The notes: a model not told the origin generated them from the sequence alone. A DNA stretch of 64,000 nucleotides from Macrostomum hystrix (GCA_950097015.1 CATNEN010000039.1:6696001-6760000), one strand, 5' to 3'. Numbered from the stretch's first letter, positions 26,420 to 39,600 are shown. A program made the numbers and translations.

Positions 26420-28490
26420 TGAACGGCAACTGGAACGTTCAGAGTCCAGCCTCATAATTGGCCGGGGAAATTCCCTACACGAGGAGCCAATGCTCCCCAC
26501 CTGCTAATAGATCGTGTGCGATTATGAAATATAATAACGATTTTCAGACTATTCTACTAATAGTAGACTAATAATGAAAGTAAACGCGAATGTGCACTAC
26601 GATAAATAAAATAGTTTCAAGCCATCTTTGTCAGTAGGATTAGCAACCAGACCAACCCACCCCAGTCCCACAGATAAGCAACCTGACCAACCAACCCCAG
26701 TCACTCAGATAAGCAACCTGACCAACCCACCCCAGTCCCTCAGATAAGCAACCTGACCAACCAACCCCAGTCCCTCAGATAAGCAACCTGACCAACCAAC
26801 CCCTGTCCCTCAGATAAGCAACCTGACCAACCCACCCCAGTCCCTCAGATAAGCACACGGGCAGACCAACCCGCCCCAGTCCCTCAGATAAGCAACCAGA
26901 CCAACCCACCCCAGTCCCTCAGATAAGCAACCAGACCAACCCGCCCCAGTCCCTCAGATAAGCAACCAGACCAACCAACCCCAGTCACTCAGATAAGCAA
27001 CCAGACCAACCCACCCCAGTCCCTCAGATAAGCAACCTGACCAACCCACCCCAGTCACTCAGATAAGCAACCTGACCAACCCACCCCAGTCCCTCAGATA
27101 AGCAACCTGACCAACCCACCCCAGTCCCTCAGATAAGCAACCAGACCAACCCACCCCAGTCCCTCAGATAAGCAACCTGACCAACCCACCCCAGTCACTC
27201 AGATTAGCAACCAGATCAACCAACCCCAGTCCCTCAGATAAGCAACCTGACCAACCAACCCCAGTCCCACAGATAAGCACACGGGCAGACCAACCCGCCC
27301 CAGTCCCTCAGATAAGCAACCAGACCAACCCACCCCAGTCCCTCAGATAAGCAACCAGACCAACCCACCCCAGTCCCTCAGATAAGCAACCTGACCAACC
27401 CACCCCAGTCCCTCAGATAAGCAACCAGACCAACCCGCCCCAGTCCCTCAGATAAGCAACCAGACCAACCAACCCCAGTCACTCAGATAAGCACACAGCC
27501 AGACCAACCCACCCCAGTCTCTCAGATAAACACACGGGCAGACCAACCCGCCCCAGTCCCTCAGATAAGCACACGGGCAGACCAACCCGCCCCAGTCCCT
27601 CAGATAAGCAACCAGACCAACCCACCCCAGTCTCTCAGATAAACACACGGGCAGACCAACCCGCCCCAGTCCCTCAGATAAGCAACCTGACCAACCAACC
27701 CCAGTCACTCAGATAAGCACACAGCCAGACCAACCCACCCCAGTCCCTCAGATAAACACACGGGCAGACCAACCCGCCCCAGTCCCTCAGATAAGCAACC
27801 AGACCAACCCACCCCAGTCCCTCAGATAAGCACACAGCCAGACCAACCCACCCCAGTCCCTCAGATAAGCACACAGCCAGACCAACCCGCCCCAGTCCCT
27901 CAGATAAACAGGCAGTCAGACCAACCTACCCCTGTTGACTAATACGAGTCATACGTTGACTCGTAACTCTAAGTCCCTGTAGCCTAAAGAAAGCAAAGCA
28001 ATCTAACTTAGAAACTTCAGGACAATGCATCGTTACAGTAGAACAAACAATGAGTTAGTTAATTGTGAATAGAGCTGCATTGAGAAGGCGGCGATCTGTT
28101 GTTTATTAATTGATGATGCACAGCTGTTGATTATCTCCACGATGTGCACTTAAATGATTTTTAAACTTTATATATTGAAGGAAATATATATATATTTTAT
28201 CGAAATTCACTGAACTATAGGAGGCGATGGACGCTGTCGCTATGACAACAACAATGCCTACAACGCAGATCCAGCAGCAGCGGCAGCAGCAGCAGCGGCC
28301 GCCACCCCTTCCGCCTAGAAACAGTGACTCTCGCAGTCCGCCAGATTTGGTTCGCTATTCGACTGAGGAAGACTGGCAGCGGCGGCCAGTGTCGACGGCT
28401 CCTACGTCGGCGACGTCGCCAATGTCGGTTGGCTTCGGTCCTCAGCGGGCCGGCTATTTGAATCGTGCATTCGATCATCACGGAGTTTAG
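16456..28490 (+). CDS. ATP11: P4-ATPase phospholipid flippase, ATP11 class, ~1200 aa; exons 16456-16722, 17353-17655, 18372-18620, 19322-20026, 20488-20631, 21286-21687, 22807-23154, 23610-24158, 25041-25403; probable last exon 28221-28490 (alternatives near 26033-26081 and 26385-26507)
   Basis: Motifs LDGETNLK, PISL, DKTGTLT (phospho-Asp), SPDE, FDSDRKCMS, WILTGDK, GDGAND and YFFYKN. ATP11-type segments IDTPVSPATS and HGHLYYVRLATLVQY. All core junctions are GT-AG and in frame. The terminal exon choice is less certain. Confidence 0.93.
16750..17215. repeat. G-rich 24-bp and 21-bp minisatellites, ATP11 intron 1
   Basis: gggattttagctagggttgtaggt, then aggtgggattgtaaggagtgt. Confidence 0.93.
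17790..18094 (-). mobile_element. tRNA-derived SINE (family A)
   Basis: Minus-strand head ggtgagtggccgagtggtctaatgc...gagctcgattcc (A and B boxes). A second copy lies at 20062-20232. Confidence 0.8.
18677..19265. repeat. 21-bp minisatellite (aaataggttctcacctgtgat), ATP11 intron 3
   Basis: Direct inspection. Confidence 0.95.
20062..20232 (-). mobile_element. Internally deleted copy of SINE family A
   Basis: Shares cccgcagccagcgaggaggcaattctgc...ctgactcctgagca and gggaccttggtgc...ttagacc with 17843-18094. Confidence 0.8.
21695..22755. repeat. 20-bp C-rich minisatellite (cctgtcctgacccatcccga), ATP11 intron 6
   Basis: Fills nearly the whole intron. Confidence 0.95.
23188..23599. repeat. 20-bp minisatellite (gttcagttatgacctactag), ATP11 intron 7
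   Basis: Ends 10 nt before the acceptor. Confidence 0.97.
24662..24946 (-). mobile_element. tRNA-derived SINE with a CORE-like central domain (family B)
   Basis: Minus-strand head tagcctagtgtttagggcgttggattcacgacttgaagatcgggggttcgattctc, then gcaaggcacctaac...cagttcacccagctgttaaattggtacc, resembling the CORE-SINE consensus. Confidence 0.7.
25577..25790 (+). repeat. ~27-bp degenerate tandem repeat of a B-box-like unit (aggtctggagttcgaacctcagcc)
   Basis: ~8 units. The unit matches the tRNA-like head at 33905-33970 (ggagttcgaacctcagccct). Confidence 0.8.
26642..27930. repeat. 35/37-bp C-rich minisatellite
   Basis: ccccagtccctcagataagcaaccagaccaaccca. Confidence 0.96.
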
Positions 28491-29194
28491 GATTTTAGAT
28501 GTTATATCCGAAACACCAGTTGCTTGGGGTGGTGTTTGCTGTCTAAGCCGTTTAGGAAGTAGAGATTTGGTGTTTGGGAAGATTTGAGAATAAGGAGATT
28601 AGGTAGACTAGAGGATTAGGAGATGGTATTGATTAGAAGTTTAAGAGACAGGGTGAATTAGAAGATTAAGCGATAAGGAGACTGGGTAGTCACTTAAGCT
28701 GCAGCTCGCGATTAGTTGTCTGTGGGCGTTGTTGTCCGCTCTTTTATCAGCCTTTCTAATCATGCTAATTAAGTATAAATCTGTGACATAACTGACCCGC
28801 ACTTTGTGTCATAAATCACAAAAATGGTCTTGTCTTTTTTGCATTCTTCTTTATTAATCTTCTAAAAGATTTGTTTTGCTGCGGGAACACACTTTTTTGA
28901 CAATTGTCGGGCTTTTTGCTTTATGTTATAACTATCCTCTGTCCAGATTTGTGTCTTTAACATTCCTAACGGGCTTCGTAGTTTTTGCTGTAAAGCTGCT
29001 CATTCTAGATTTTACTCGATCGTTTTAACAGCGCTTGCCAAACTGGTGTTAAAGTTATTGTTTATGAACTATTGCCACACGCATTGACTCATTGCGGGGT
29101 TCACGGCAATGTTGCTAAAACAACAAGACATTGATTTTTAATCTGGATACCTTTGTAATCATGCTCGCCTTTGCTTTTCCGTGTATGAACTGAT

Positions 29195-30800
29195 AGGGTA
29201 GATGAACAGATAAGGAGATGGGGTAGATGAGCAGATAAGGAGATGGGGTAGAGGAGCAGATAAGGAGATGGGGTAGAGGAGCAGATAAGGAGATGGGGTA
29301 GAGGAGCAGATAAGGAGATGGGGTAGAGGAGCAGATAAGGAGATGGGGTAGAGGAGCAGATAAGGAGATGGGGTAGATGAGCAGATAAGGAGACGGGCTA
29401 GAGGAGCAGATAAGGAGATGGGGTAGAGGAGCAGATAAGGAGACGGGCTAGAGGAGCAGATAAGGAGATGGGGTAGAGGAGCAGATAAGGAGATGGGGTA
29501 GAGGAGCAGATAAGGAGACGGGGTAGAGGAGCAGATAAGGAGATGGGGTAGAGGAGCAGATAAGGAGATGGGGTAGAGGAGCAGATAAGGAGATGGGGTA
29601 GAGGAGCAGATAAGGAGATGGGGTAGATGAGCAGATAAGGAGATGGGGTAGATGAGCAGATAAGGAGACGGGCTAGAGGAGCAGATAAGGAGATGGGGTA
29701 GAGGAGCAGATAAGGAGACGGGCTAGAGGAGCAGATAAGGAGATGGGGTAGAGGAGCAGATAAGGAGATGGGGTAGAGGAGCAGATAAGGAGACGGGGTA
29801 GAGGAGCAGATAAGGAAATGGGGTAGAGGAGCAGATAAGGAGATGGGGTAGAGGAGCAGATAAGGAGATGGGGTAGAGGAGCAGATAAGGAGACGGGGTA
29901 GAGGAGCAGATAAGGAGACGGGGTAGAGGAGCAGATAAGGAGACGGGGTAGAGGAGCAGATAAGGAGATGGGGTAGAGGAGCAGATAAGGAGATGGGGTA
30001 GAGGAGCAGATAAGGAGACGGGGTAGAGGAGCAGATAAGGAGATGGGGTAGAGGAGCAGATAAGGAGACGGGGTAGAGGAGCAGATAAGGAGACGGGGTA
30101 GAGGAGCAGATAAGGAGACGGGGTAGAGGAGCAGATAAGGAGATGAGGTAGAGGAGCAGATAAGGATATGGGGTAGAGGAGCAGATAAGGAGACGGGGTA
30201 GAGGAGCAGATAAGGAGATGGGGTAGAGGAGCAGATAAGGAGATGGGGTAGAGTAGCAGATAAGGAGATGGGGTAGAGGAGCAGATAAGGAGATGGGGTA
30301 GAGGAGCAGATAAGGAGATGGGGTAGAGGAGCAGATAAGGAGATGGGGTAGAGGAGCAGATAAGGAGATGGGGTAGAGTAGCAGATAAGGAGATGGGGTA
30401 GAGGAGCAGATAAGGAGATGGGGTAGAGGAGCAGATAAGGAGATGGGGTAGAGTAGCAGATAAGGAGATGGGGTAGAGGAGCAGATAAGGAGATGGGGTA
30501 GAGGAGCAGATAAGGAGATGGGGTAGAGGAGCAGATAAGGAGACGGGGTAGAGGAGCAGATAAGGAGATGGGGTAGAGGAGCAGATAAGGAGACGGGGTA
30601 GAGGAGCAGATAAGGAGATGGGGTAGAGGAGCAGATAAGGAGATGGGGTAGAGGAGCAGATAAGGAGACGGGGTAGAGGAGCAGATAAGGAGATGGGGTA
30701 GAGGAGCAGATAAGGAGATGGGGTAGAGGAGCAGATAAGGAGATGGGGTAGATGAACAGATAATGAGATGGAGTAGAGGATCAGATAAGGAGATGGGGCG
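29195..30800. repeat. 25-bp purine-rich minisatellite (gcagataaggagatggggtagagga)
   Basis: ~64 highly homogeneous units. Confidence 0.97.
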
Positions 30801-31937
30801 AGGAGCAGGCAGAGGCACATATATGCCTAATTCCATTTTAACCGCTAGTCTTTAATCCAATCAGTGAAGCTTATTGTTTAACCGGGCATTCCATTTCATT
30901 TCTGAGTTGTTTATCAATTATTTCTCGTTTTTTAATCCCTTTTGCCATTTTTTAACTCGCGAAGTTGGCATTATTTATTTACTCGGAGTCAAATAGTTTT
31001 TCTTTATCTCAAATCGGCTGTTAATTATTTGCTGGCACTTTGCTCGTCCATTGTGCACCCGAAGAAGAGTCCAAAGAGAGCTGTGCTCACAGTTAATCTA
31101 GTTAGTGATTTTTAGCTGAACTTATTGTCTATATATATACTTATAATAGTAGTGCTTTATCCGTTGCCATGGTAATTTGAGTGCTATATAGCGTACCTGA
31201 ATAATCAGATCAGTGATGCCTCAAAGTCTAGTACTAAGCAGTGCTGTGCTATTTACTAATTTCGCTATGTTTGGTATGGCATTGGGCTGTGTTCTTATAT
31301 ACTCGTATTATATATCAGTAGATATTTCATATTCCAATTGATCTCTGTGATAAATCACGGGATTCTACTTTTAGTTTCACAACTAAGGCCTACGGTTTGT
31401 GATATTTCACATTATTTTCACATTTTATCTGTTTCTCTCTCGAGTATTTTCTTAAATAAAACTATTGACTAACATTTACTGATAATTGTTCTTCAAAGAG
31501 GGCATTGTTCCTATGTAGTTTAGTGATTTACTATTATGCTGCACTCGTGTTATTACCGGCAAAGTGATTTGTGATTTTTATGTAAATACGGGTGTAGCGT
31601 GCTGTGTTTGCTCCAAGTCTTTATACAGATGTTTTATGCAAGTCGCAGCTATCGGAATATTAGCCCTGTTTTTAATAAACTCAAAAATCTAAATTGCGGA
31701 AAGAATTATCAGTAATAACATTATTGTTTTGTTATAATGGTCTTGTTACTCATTTTGCGGCGAAAAGTTACCGTTTTCCACATTGATCATGAAAATGATT
31801 TGGAGGCTAGAGGGATGGCAAGAGGTAGAGAAAGGGTAAGTAGGGTGAGGAGGGTAGAAGAGGAGGAAGAGTAAAGAGGGGTAGAGGAAAGACTACGAGA
31901 GTAGAAGTAGAGATAGAATGGTAGAGAGAGTAAAGAA

Positions 31938-33411
31938 GGGTAGAGTGATGGCTAGGAGGGTAGAGTGATGGCTAGGAGGGTAGAGTGATGGCTAGGAGGG
32001 TAGAGTGATGGCTAGGAGGGTAGAGTGATGGCTAGGAGGGTAGAGTGATGGCCAGGAGGGTAGAGTCATGGCTAGGAGGGTAGAGTGATGGCTAGGAGGG
32101 TATAGTGGTGGCTAGGAGGGAAGAGTGATGGCTAGGAGGGTAGAGTGATGGCTAGGAGGGAAGAGTGATGGCTAGGAGGGTAGAGTGATGGCTAGAAGGG
32201 TAGAGTGATGGCTAGGAGGGTAGAGTGATGGCTAGGAGGGTAGAGTGATGGCTAGGAGGGTAGAGTGATGGCTAGGAGGGAAGAGTGATGGCTAGGAGGG
32301 TAGAGTGATGGCTAGGAGGGTAGTGATGGCTAGAAGGGTAGAGTGATGGCTAGGAGGGTAGAGTGATGGCCAGGAGGGTAGAGTGATGGCCAGGAGGGTA
32401 GAGTGACGGCTAGGAGGGTAGAGTGATGGCTAGAAGGATAGAGTGATGGCCAGGAGGGTAGAGTGGTGGTTAAAAGGGTAGAGTGATGGCTTGAAGGGTA
32501 GAGTAATAGCTAGGAGGGTAGAGTGGTGGTTAGAAGGGTAGAGTGATGGCTAGGAGGGTAGAGTGATGGCTAGGAGGGTAGAGTGATGGCTAGGAGGGTA
32601 GAGTGATGGCTAAGAGGGAAGAGTGATGGCTAGGAGGGTAGAGTGATGGCTAGGAGGGTAGAGTGATGGCTAGGAGGGTAGAGTGATGGCTAGGAGGGTA
32701 GAGTGATGGCTAGGAGGGTAGAGTGACGGCTAGGAGGGTAGAGTGATGGCTAGAAGGATAGAGTGATGGCTAGGAGGGTAGAGTGATGGCTAGAAGGGTA
32801 GAGTGATGGCTAGGAGGGTAGAGTGACGGCTAGGAGGGTAGAGTGATGGCTAGAAGGGTAGAGTGATGGCCAGGAGGGTAGAGTGACGGCTAGGAGGGTA
32901 GAGTGATGGCTAGAAGGATAGAGTGATGGCTAGGAGGGTAGAGTGATGGCTAGAAGGGTAGAGTGATGGCTAGGAGGGTAGAGTGACGGCTAGGAGGGTA
33001 GAGTGATGGCTAGAAGGGTAGAGTGATGGCCAGGAGGGTAGAGTGACGGCTAGGAGGGTAGAGTGATGGCTAGAAGGATAGAGTGATGGCTAGGAATGTA
33101 GAGTGGTGGTTAAAAAGGTAGAGTGATGGCTTGAAGGGTAGAGTGGTGGTTAGAAGGGTAGAGTGGTGGTTAGAAGGGTAGAGTGATGGCTAGGAGGGTA
33201 GAGTGGTGGTTAGAAGGGTAGAGTGATGGCTAGGAGGGTAGAGTGATGGTTAGGAGGGTAGAGTGATGGCTAGGAGGGTAGAGTGATGGCTAGGAGGGTA
33301 GAGTGATGGCTAGGAGGGTAGAGTGATGGCTAGGAGGGAAGAGTGATGGCTAGGAGGGTAGAGTGATGGCTAGGAGGGTAGAGTGATGGCTAGGAGGGTA
33401 GAGTGATGGCT
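31938..33411. repeat. 20-bp minisatellite (tagagtgatggctaggaggg)
   Basis: Direct inspection. Confidence 0.97.
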
Positions 33412-33680
33412 ATGGAAATGAAATAGTGATCGCTATTTGCTGCCTCTCTGCAGTTAAATCGAATCGCAGCCTGGTAGATGAGGTTTACAATAAATATTCG
33501 AAATAAGTTTATGTGCCACAATAGCCAGATAGCATTCGCGTTGTGCGCTTTCGTGTTAGTATTAAATTGTTCTTCCGGTCCTGAAAGCTGTGCTATGGCA
33601 GCTTGTATATATAAATGCTTTTGTGTGTTGTGAGACTGTGAATACTTGATTGTCTAACTATTTCGGTCTACCTGAGAGCC

Positions 33681-36600
33681 ATGCGCCGGCAGCAAAACAA
33701 GCAGCCAGCTAAACAAGTGCAGCAGCAGCAGCAGCAGCTGCAGTCGCTGTACATCGATGTGCCGCAGCACAAGCAAGCGCTGGACAGGTATCAGCAGCTG
33801 CGACAGGACCTGCCGGATCCCGAACAGTTTGAGCGTCTGGTGCTGCTGCAGCAGGTATGCTAAACGAACCCAATGCTTCCAAGGCTAAATAATTAGACAA
33901 AATTCCACACCCTAGGGCTGAGGTTCGAACTCCTGACCACACTGAGTCGGAAGTCTAAACACTGGGCTAAGCGGCACCCATTAGAACTGAAATTCTAAAA
34001 CCTTCTTTCGGATTGTAGCCCATTGCGTTTGGAGAGTCAGACTCACTACTTGAAGGTCGCGGGTTCGATTCCCGACTCCGCTGGAAAAATTGGTGTCCTT
34101 TATGTAGATAAATTAAGTCTGTATTGCTTCAGTTCGTCCAGGGGCGTAGCCAGCGAGGGCAAGGGGGCCGTGGCCCCCCCCCAATCGGCTGACGAAACTA
34201 TTGGTGGCGCCGCCTGGAAGTGGCGCCCCCTGGTAGTGGCGCCCACCCTAATAGTGGCGCCCCCCCTGGTAGTGGCGCTCCCCCTCTGGTAGTGGCGCCT
34301 CCCCTGGTAGTGGCGCCTCCCCTGATAGTGGCGCCTCCCCTGGTAGTGGCGCTCCCCCTCTGGTAGTGGCGCTCCCCCCTGGTGGTGGCGCTCCCCCCTG
34401 GTAGTGGCGCTTCCCCCCTGGTAGTGGCGCTTCCCCCCCTAATATTGGCGCCTCCCCTGGTAGTGGCGCTCCCCCTCTGGTAGTGGCGCCTCCCCTGGTA
34501 GTGGCGCCTCCCCTGATAGTGGCGCCTCCCCTGGTAGTGGCGCTTCCCCCTGGTAGTGGCGCTTCCCCCCTGGTAGTGGCGCTTCCCCCCTAATAGTGGC
34601 GCCTCCCCTGGTAGTGGCGCTCCCCCTCTGGTAGTGGCGCCTCCCCTGGTAGTGGCGCCTCCCCTGATAGTGGCGCCTCCCCTGGTAGTGGCGCCTCCCC
34701 TGATAGTGGCGCCTCCCCTGGTAGTGGCGCTCCCCCTCTGGTAGTGGCGCTCCCCCCTAATAGTGGCGCCTCCCCTGGTAGTGGGGGGAGCGTAACTTAT
34801 TATTATTGACTACTTCTCGGAATATTATAATTATGTCAAGCGCCCCCCCGAACTTAAACCAGGAGAAGCGAGTTCCCGGCGGCACCTGCGACACCGCGGC
34901 CCACCTGGTTGTCCGTCAGCTGCCGGACGCAATCGCCGTCGACTTTCTCGACTATGTGAAAGCCACCGACCGCGGCCTGGACGAGAAAAACGCCTCCGGC
35001 GCCACTCCCCTGCTGCTCTGCTGCTCGCTGGGCAAGCCGCTGTCCGCCGGCTACCTGCTGCGCACCGGCCTCTGCAATGTCAATGCCAGCAACTGCATCG
35101 GCATCCGGCCTCTGCTGCAGGTCTCCTGTCCCTGCTGCGTCACTCCCTTGCTCACTCACTCTGTCACTCTCTGTCACTCTCTGTTGCTCACTCTGTTGCA
35201 CAGCACGACAAGCCTGTGAAATGATGAGTTCTAAGACGAGTAAGTTAGGAGTAGAAAACAAGCACGCGTTCTTTAGCGTCCGCGCAGTCATATTTATTGT
35301 ACTCGTACGACTCATTGGCTGACTCAGCATTTGTTAGAATTGGAAATCTAAAGACAGTACAGTGGGGTGACATGGGTGCACGTGAACTATAGCCATACAG
35401 ATAGTAAATAGCGAGTATTAAAATGACAAATAAACTAACTGCTATAGATGCTATAGAGTGGCGCGCAATGGTACTGTTGCTAAGCTATCCGACAAAAGCC
35501 CCAAGCCTTCTCTTGTGTGAGTCAGATTGCTCCACTCAACTCCTCCACTCACAATGGAACTTATCCCTTCCTCCCTTCCAAGGCTTGCGCTCTGGGGCAC
35601 ATGACCCTGGCCGCCTGCCTGCTCGACAGCGGCGCCGATCCGGCCGCTGCTGACATCACAGGCAGCAACGCGTTTCACCAGCTGATGGAACAGCCGGAGC
35701 TGGAGGCCCGCACTGAGGAGGTCCTACTTCTGATGGTTCGGCTGCAGGTGCGCTTTCACTCCGTGTTAATTAGTTAATAATGTCTCCGTGTAGAACTCGC
35801 TTGACTCTTACCTAGGCAGTGCTATCTAATTCCCCTGCAAACATTAAACCCTCAACCTCCGCCGCCTCAGTTGCTGGTATCCTTCACCCACCTCACTCCT
35901 CCACTATACTCGTCCTTCACCCACCTCACTCCTCCACTATACTCGTCCTCCACCCACCTCACTCCTCCACTGTAGTCGTCCTCCACCCACCTTACTCCTC
36001 CACTGTAGTCGTCCTCCACCCACCTCAGACCTCCACTATAGTCGTCCTTCATCCACCTCACTCCTCCACTGTAGTCGTCCTTCATCCACCTCACTCCTCC
36101 ACTGTAGTCGTCCTCCACCCACCTCACTCCTCCACTGTAGTCGTCCTCCACCCACCTCACTCCTCCACTATAGTCGTCCTTCATCCACCTCACTCCTTCA
36201 CTATAGACGTCCTCCACCCACCTCACTCCTCCACTGTAGTCGTCCTCCACCCACCTCACTCCTCCACTATAGTCGTCCTTCATCCACCTCACTCCTCTAC
36301 TGTAGTCGTCCTCCTCATTGATCCATACTAGGAATCCTTCAAGCACCCCATTCCATCAGCTGAAAAACGCACCCACCCACAGTCGCTGGGCCTCAGTCTG
36401 GCTGATGAAAACTCAATCGGCTTCAACCCATTGTTTGTCTGCATCCAACGCGACAAACTGAACTTTTTGGAGACCCTGCTGACTCAGTCGAGAGAATTCG
36501 GTGATTCAGTGGTGGCTGAGTGTCTCACGAACTCGCAGGGCATGAATCTGGCTCACGTGGCCGCGGGCTACTCCGACCTGCCCAACCTGGAGCGGCTGCT

Positions 36601-39600
36601 CACGGACAGGTGCGGAGCTTTTGTCACTCCAACTATTTTCTCTTTACTCAGTCGGTTAATTCTTGTATATTTCTTTTTATCTTGCTTTAAAACTGTCCAT
36701 CTATCAGTCCTTCACTCGGTGAATCTTAATTATGTTTATTTTGCCTTTTGCAAGGCTACAAACGTTTTAAACGTTTAGCTAGAAAAACACCTTAATCGCT
36801 GTTTCTTGTATATAATTTTTTTTCATGGGCGTGGGTTGATGCGCGGAGTGGGGTTGGTTTGCGGGAGGGTTCATGCGCGGGGAGGTTTGATGCGCGGGGT
36901 GGGTTGATGCGCGGAGTGAGGTTGGTGCGCAGGGACAGCACAGCTTCCTCGCAGCCGCATGAAGTACGAAGGCCTGAAGAAAATCATCCTTCCCAGGTCC
37001 TCGTTCCAGACTTCGCAGCCGTTCAGACGGCAGACCCACTGCAGCTGCTCCCCCTTCTGGCCCAAGGCAAAGAAGGGGTATTCGCAGTCGCACTTGTGCC
37101 TGCGAATAAAGCGCTCGCCACCCTTCAGGCTGCACAGCTGGCCGTTGAAGGCCGCTGGCGGTAGCTCAGCGCTTCAATGAAAAGCAATGTAAAAACAATA
37201 GCGATGGGCTGCTGGATGAGTGGACGGGGTAGGCAACACTTGCTCACCAGGCCGCCAATTGAACCACGAGAATGGGACAGAGAGTCGGAGAATGGTACAG
37301 GAACTGGTACAGGAACTGGTACAGGAACTAGTACAGGAAATGGTACAGGAACTGGAAATATATCTTACCACGATGAAATTGAAACTCAGTGTCTGAGTTT
37401 TTAGATTCGGGCTGTATCCTGTGCCACCACATGTATGTATTTTTAAATGATAAAAATGCAGTAATCAAACCAATTATGCATCAAACATTTTTAACCAGTT
37501 TATTCTGGTCTCAAATTGGTGGCCACAGAGGGACTGCCTTCAAAACTTAGGCGCTCGTACATATTGAAAAAAATTGACACCGGATATTCATAGTCTACAG
37601 GCGCGATGCTAACTTCCAGACACTATGGACTCGCTCGAAATTGCCTCTGGCATCTCTCGTTGTTTATTTCATAGTCGCTACTAATACCCGTCTCCCATCT
37701 CCAATCTGCCATTCCGATTTCCCATTCCCATCGCCATTCCCGTCTCCCATTCACAACTCCTATTCTCTTCTCCCATTCCCATCTCCCCTTCCCATCTCCC
37801 ATTCCCATCTCCCATTCTCTTCTCCTATCTCCCATCTTCCACTCCCATCTCCCATTCCCATCTCCCATTCTCTTCTCCAATCTTCCATGTACCATTCCTA
37901 TCTTCCATTCCCATCTGCCATCTGCCATGTGCCATGTGCCATGTGCCATCTCCCCTTCCCATCTCCCATTCCCATCCCCCAACAGGATTCGTTAAAAAGC
38001 TTCGCCAGCTCCAACCCAAAAAACCTCCGCAGATTCGGGCCGGAGCGCTGGGCGCAGCTGCTTGTTTCGCGAGTCGCTGGCGGCATCTGCGCCGGCTTCA
38101 CCTGCCTGCACTTCGCTGTGCAGTCTCGGCACGCTAAGAACATCGCCCACCTGCTGCGCTGCGGCCTCCGCCTGTCCGAACGCAGCCGCAGCGGCCTCAC
38201 CTGCGTGGAACTGGCCATAGATAGCGACTCGCTTGAACTCTTACTGGCGGCTTGCGAGAGCAGCTCAGAGCTGGAGGTTGCACACAGCCTCATAGACCCC
38301 GTCTGGACCTCCTGCGCTCTGCCCAGCACAGAGGAGGCTGAGCAGGTTTGCGATTCTTTGCTTCTATTCCAATCTCTCTGGTTCGATTCCAATCTCTCTG
38401 GTTCGATTCCAATCTCTCTGGTTCGATTCCAATCTCTTTGGTTCGATTCCAATCTCTTTGGTTCGATTCCAATCTCTTTTGTTCGATTCCAATCTCTTTT
38501 GATCGTTTGAAAACTTTTTTGGTTCGATTCCAATGCTTTGGTTCGATTCCAATATCTTTGGTTCGATTCAATGTCTTTGGTTCGAATCCAATGTCTTCGG
38601 TTCATTTCCAATGTCTTTGGTTCGATTCCAATCTATTTGGTCCGATTCCAATCAATTTGGTTCTATTCCAATCAATTTGGTTCGATTCCAATCAATTTGG
38701 TTCTATTCCAATCAATTTGGTTCGATTCCAATCCGATTCCAATCTCTTTGATCCGATTCCAATATATTTGTTTCGATTCCAATATGTTTGGTTCGATTCC
38801 AATCTCTTTGATCCGATTCCAATATATTTGTTTCGATTCCAATATGTTTGGTTCGATTCCAATTTCTTTGATCCGATTCCAATATATTTGGTCCGATTCT
38901 AATCAATTTTGGTTCGATTCCAATCAATTTGGTTCTATTCCAATCAATTTGGTTCTATTCCAATCAATTTGGTTCGATTCCAATCTCTTTTGATCGTTTG
39001 CAAATTTTTTTTTCGTTTGATTCAAACCTATTTGGTTCGATTCCAATATCGTTGGTTCGATTCCAATATCTTTGGTTCGATTCCAATATCTTTGGTTCGA
39101 TTCCAATATCTTTGGTTCGATTCCAATGTCTTTGGTTCGAATAAAATGTCTTTGGTTCAATTCCAATGTCGTTGGTCCGATTCCAATCGATTTGGTCCGA
39201 TTCTAATCAATTTGGTTCGATTCCAATTTCCTTGATTCTAATCTCGGGGGTTCGAACCCCTAACCTTCCCTCCCCAGATCATGTACTCGCACTGCAGTCT
39301 CCACCTGCGCCGCCGAATCGCCGCCATCCGCGGTCGGGGCGTCGCTTTTGACGCCAATGTCGGCGACGACGCCGGGGTCTGCTGCGATTCGCCAACAGAC
39401 GATGGCGACTTCCACCCGGCCATCCAGCTGCTGTACACAGCGGTGAAGGACAACTCGACACGCCTGTTGCACAGTGTCTCCGCACTGCGCCTGTGGGACG
39501 GACTTGTGTTCAGCCCCAGCTCCGTGGATCGGCAGTTCCGTGGATACATTGTCTACCTGAACCAGCGCAAGCGGCTCGACAAAGGCCTCTTGAAGGCCAT

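Noticed and set aside
29673-30836. 387 and 365 aa minus-strand ORFs
   Set aside because: Translation of the 25-bp minisatellite.
34012-34085. Functional tRNA-Val gene
   Set aside because: The D-arm/A-box is degenerate and it resembles the SINE head at 24890-24946; treated as a SINE relic.
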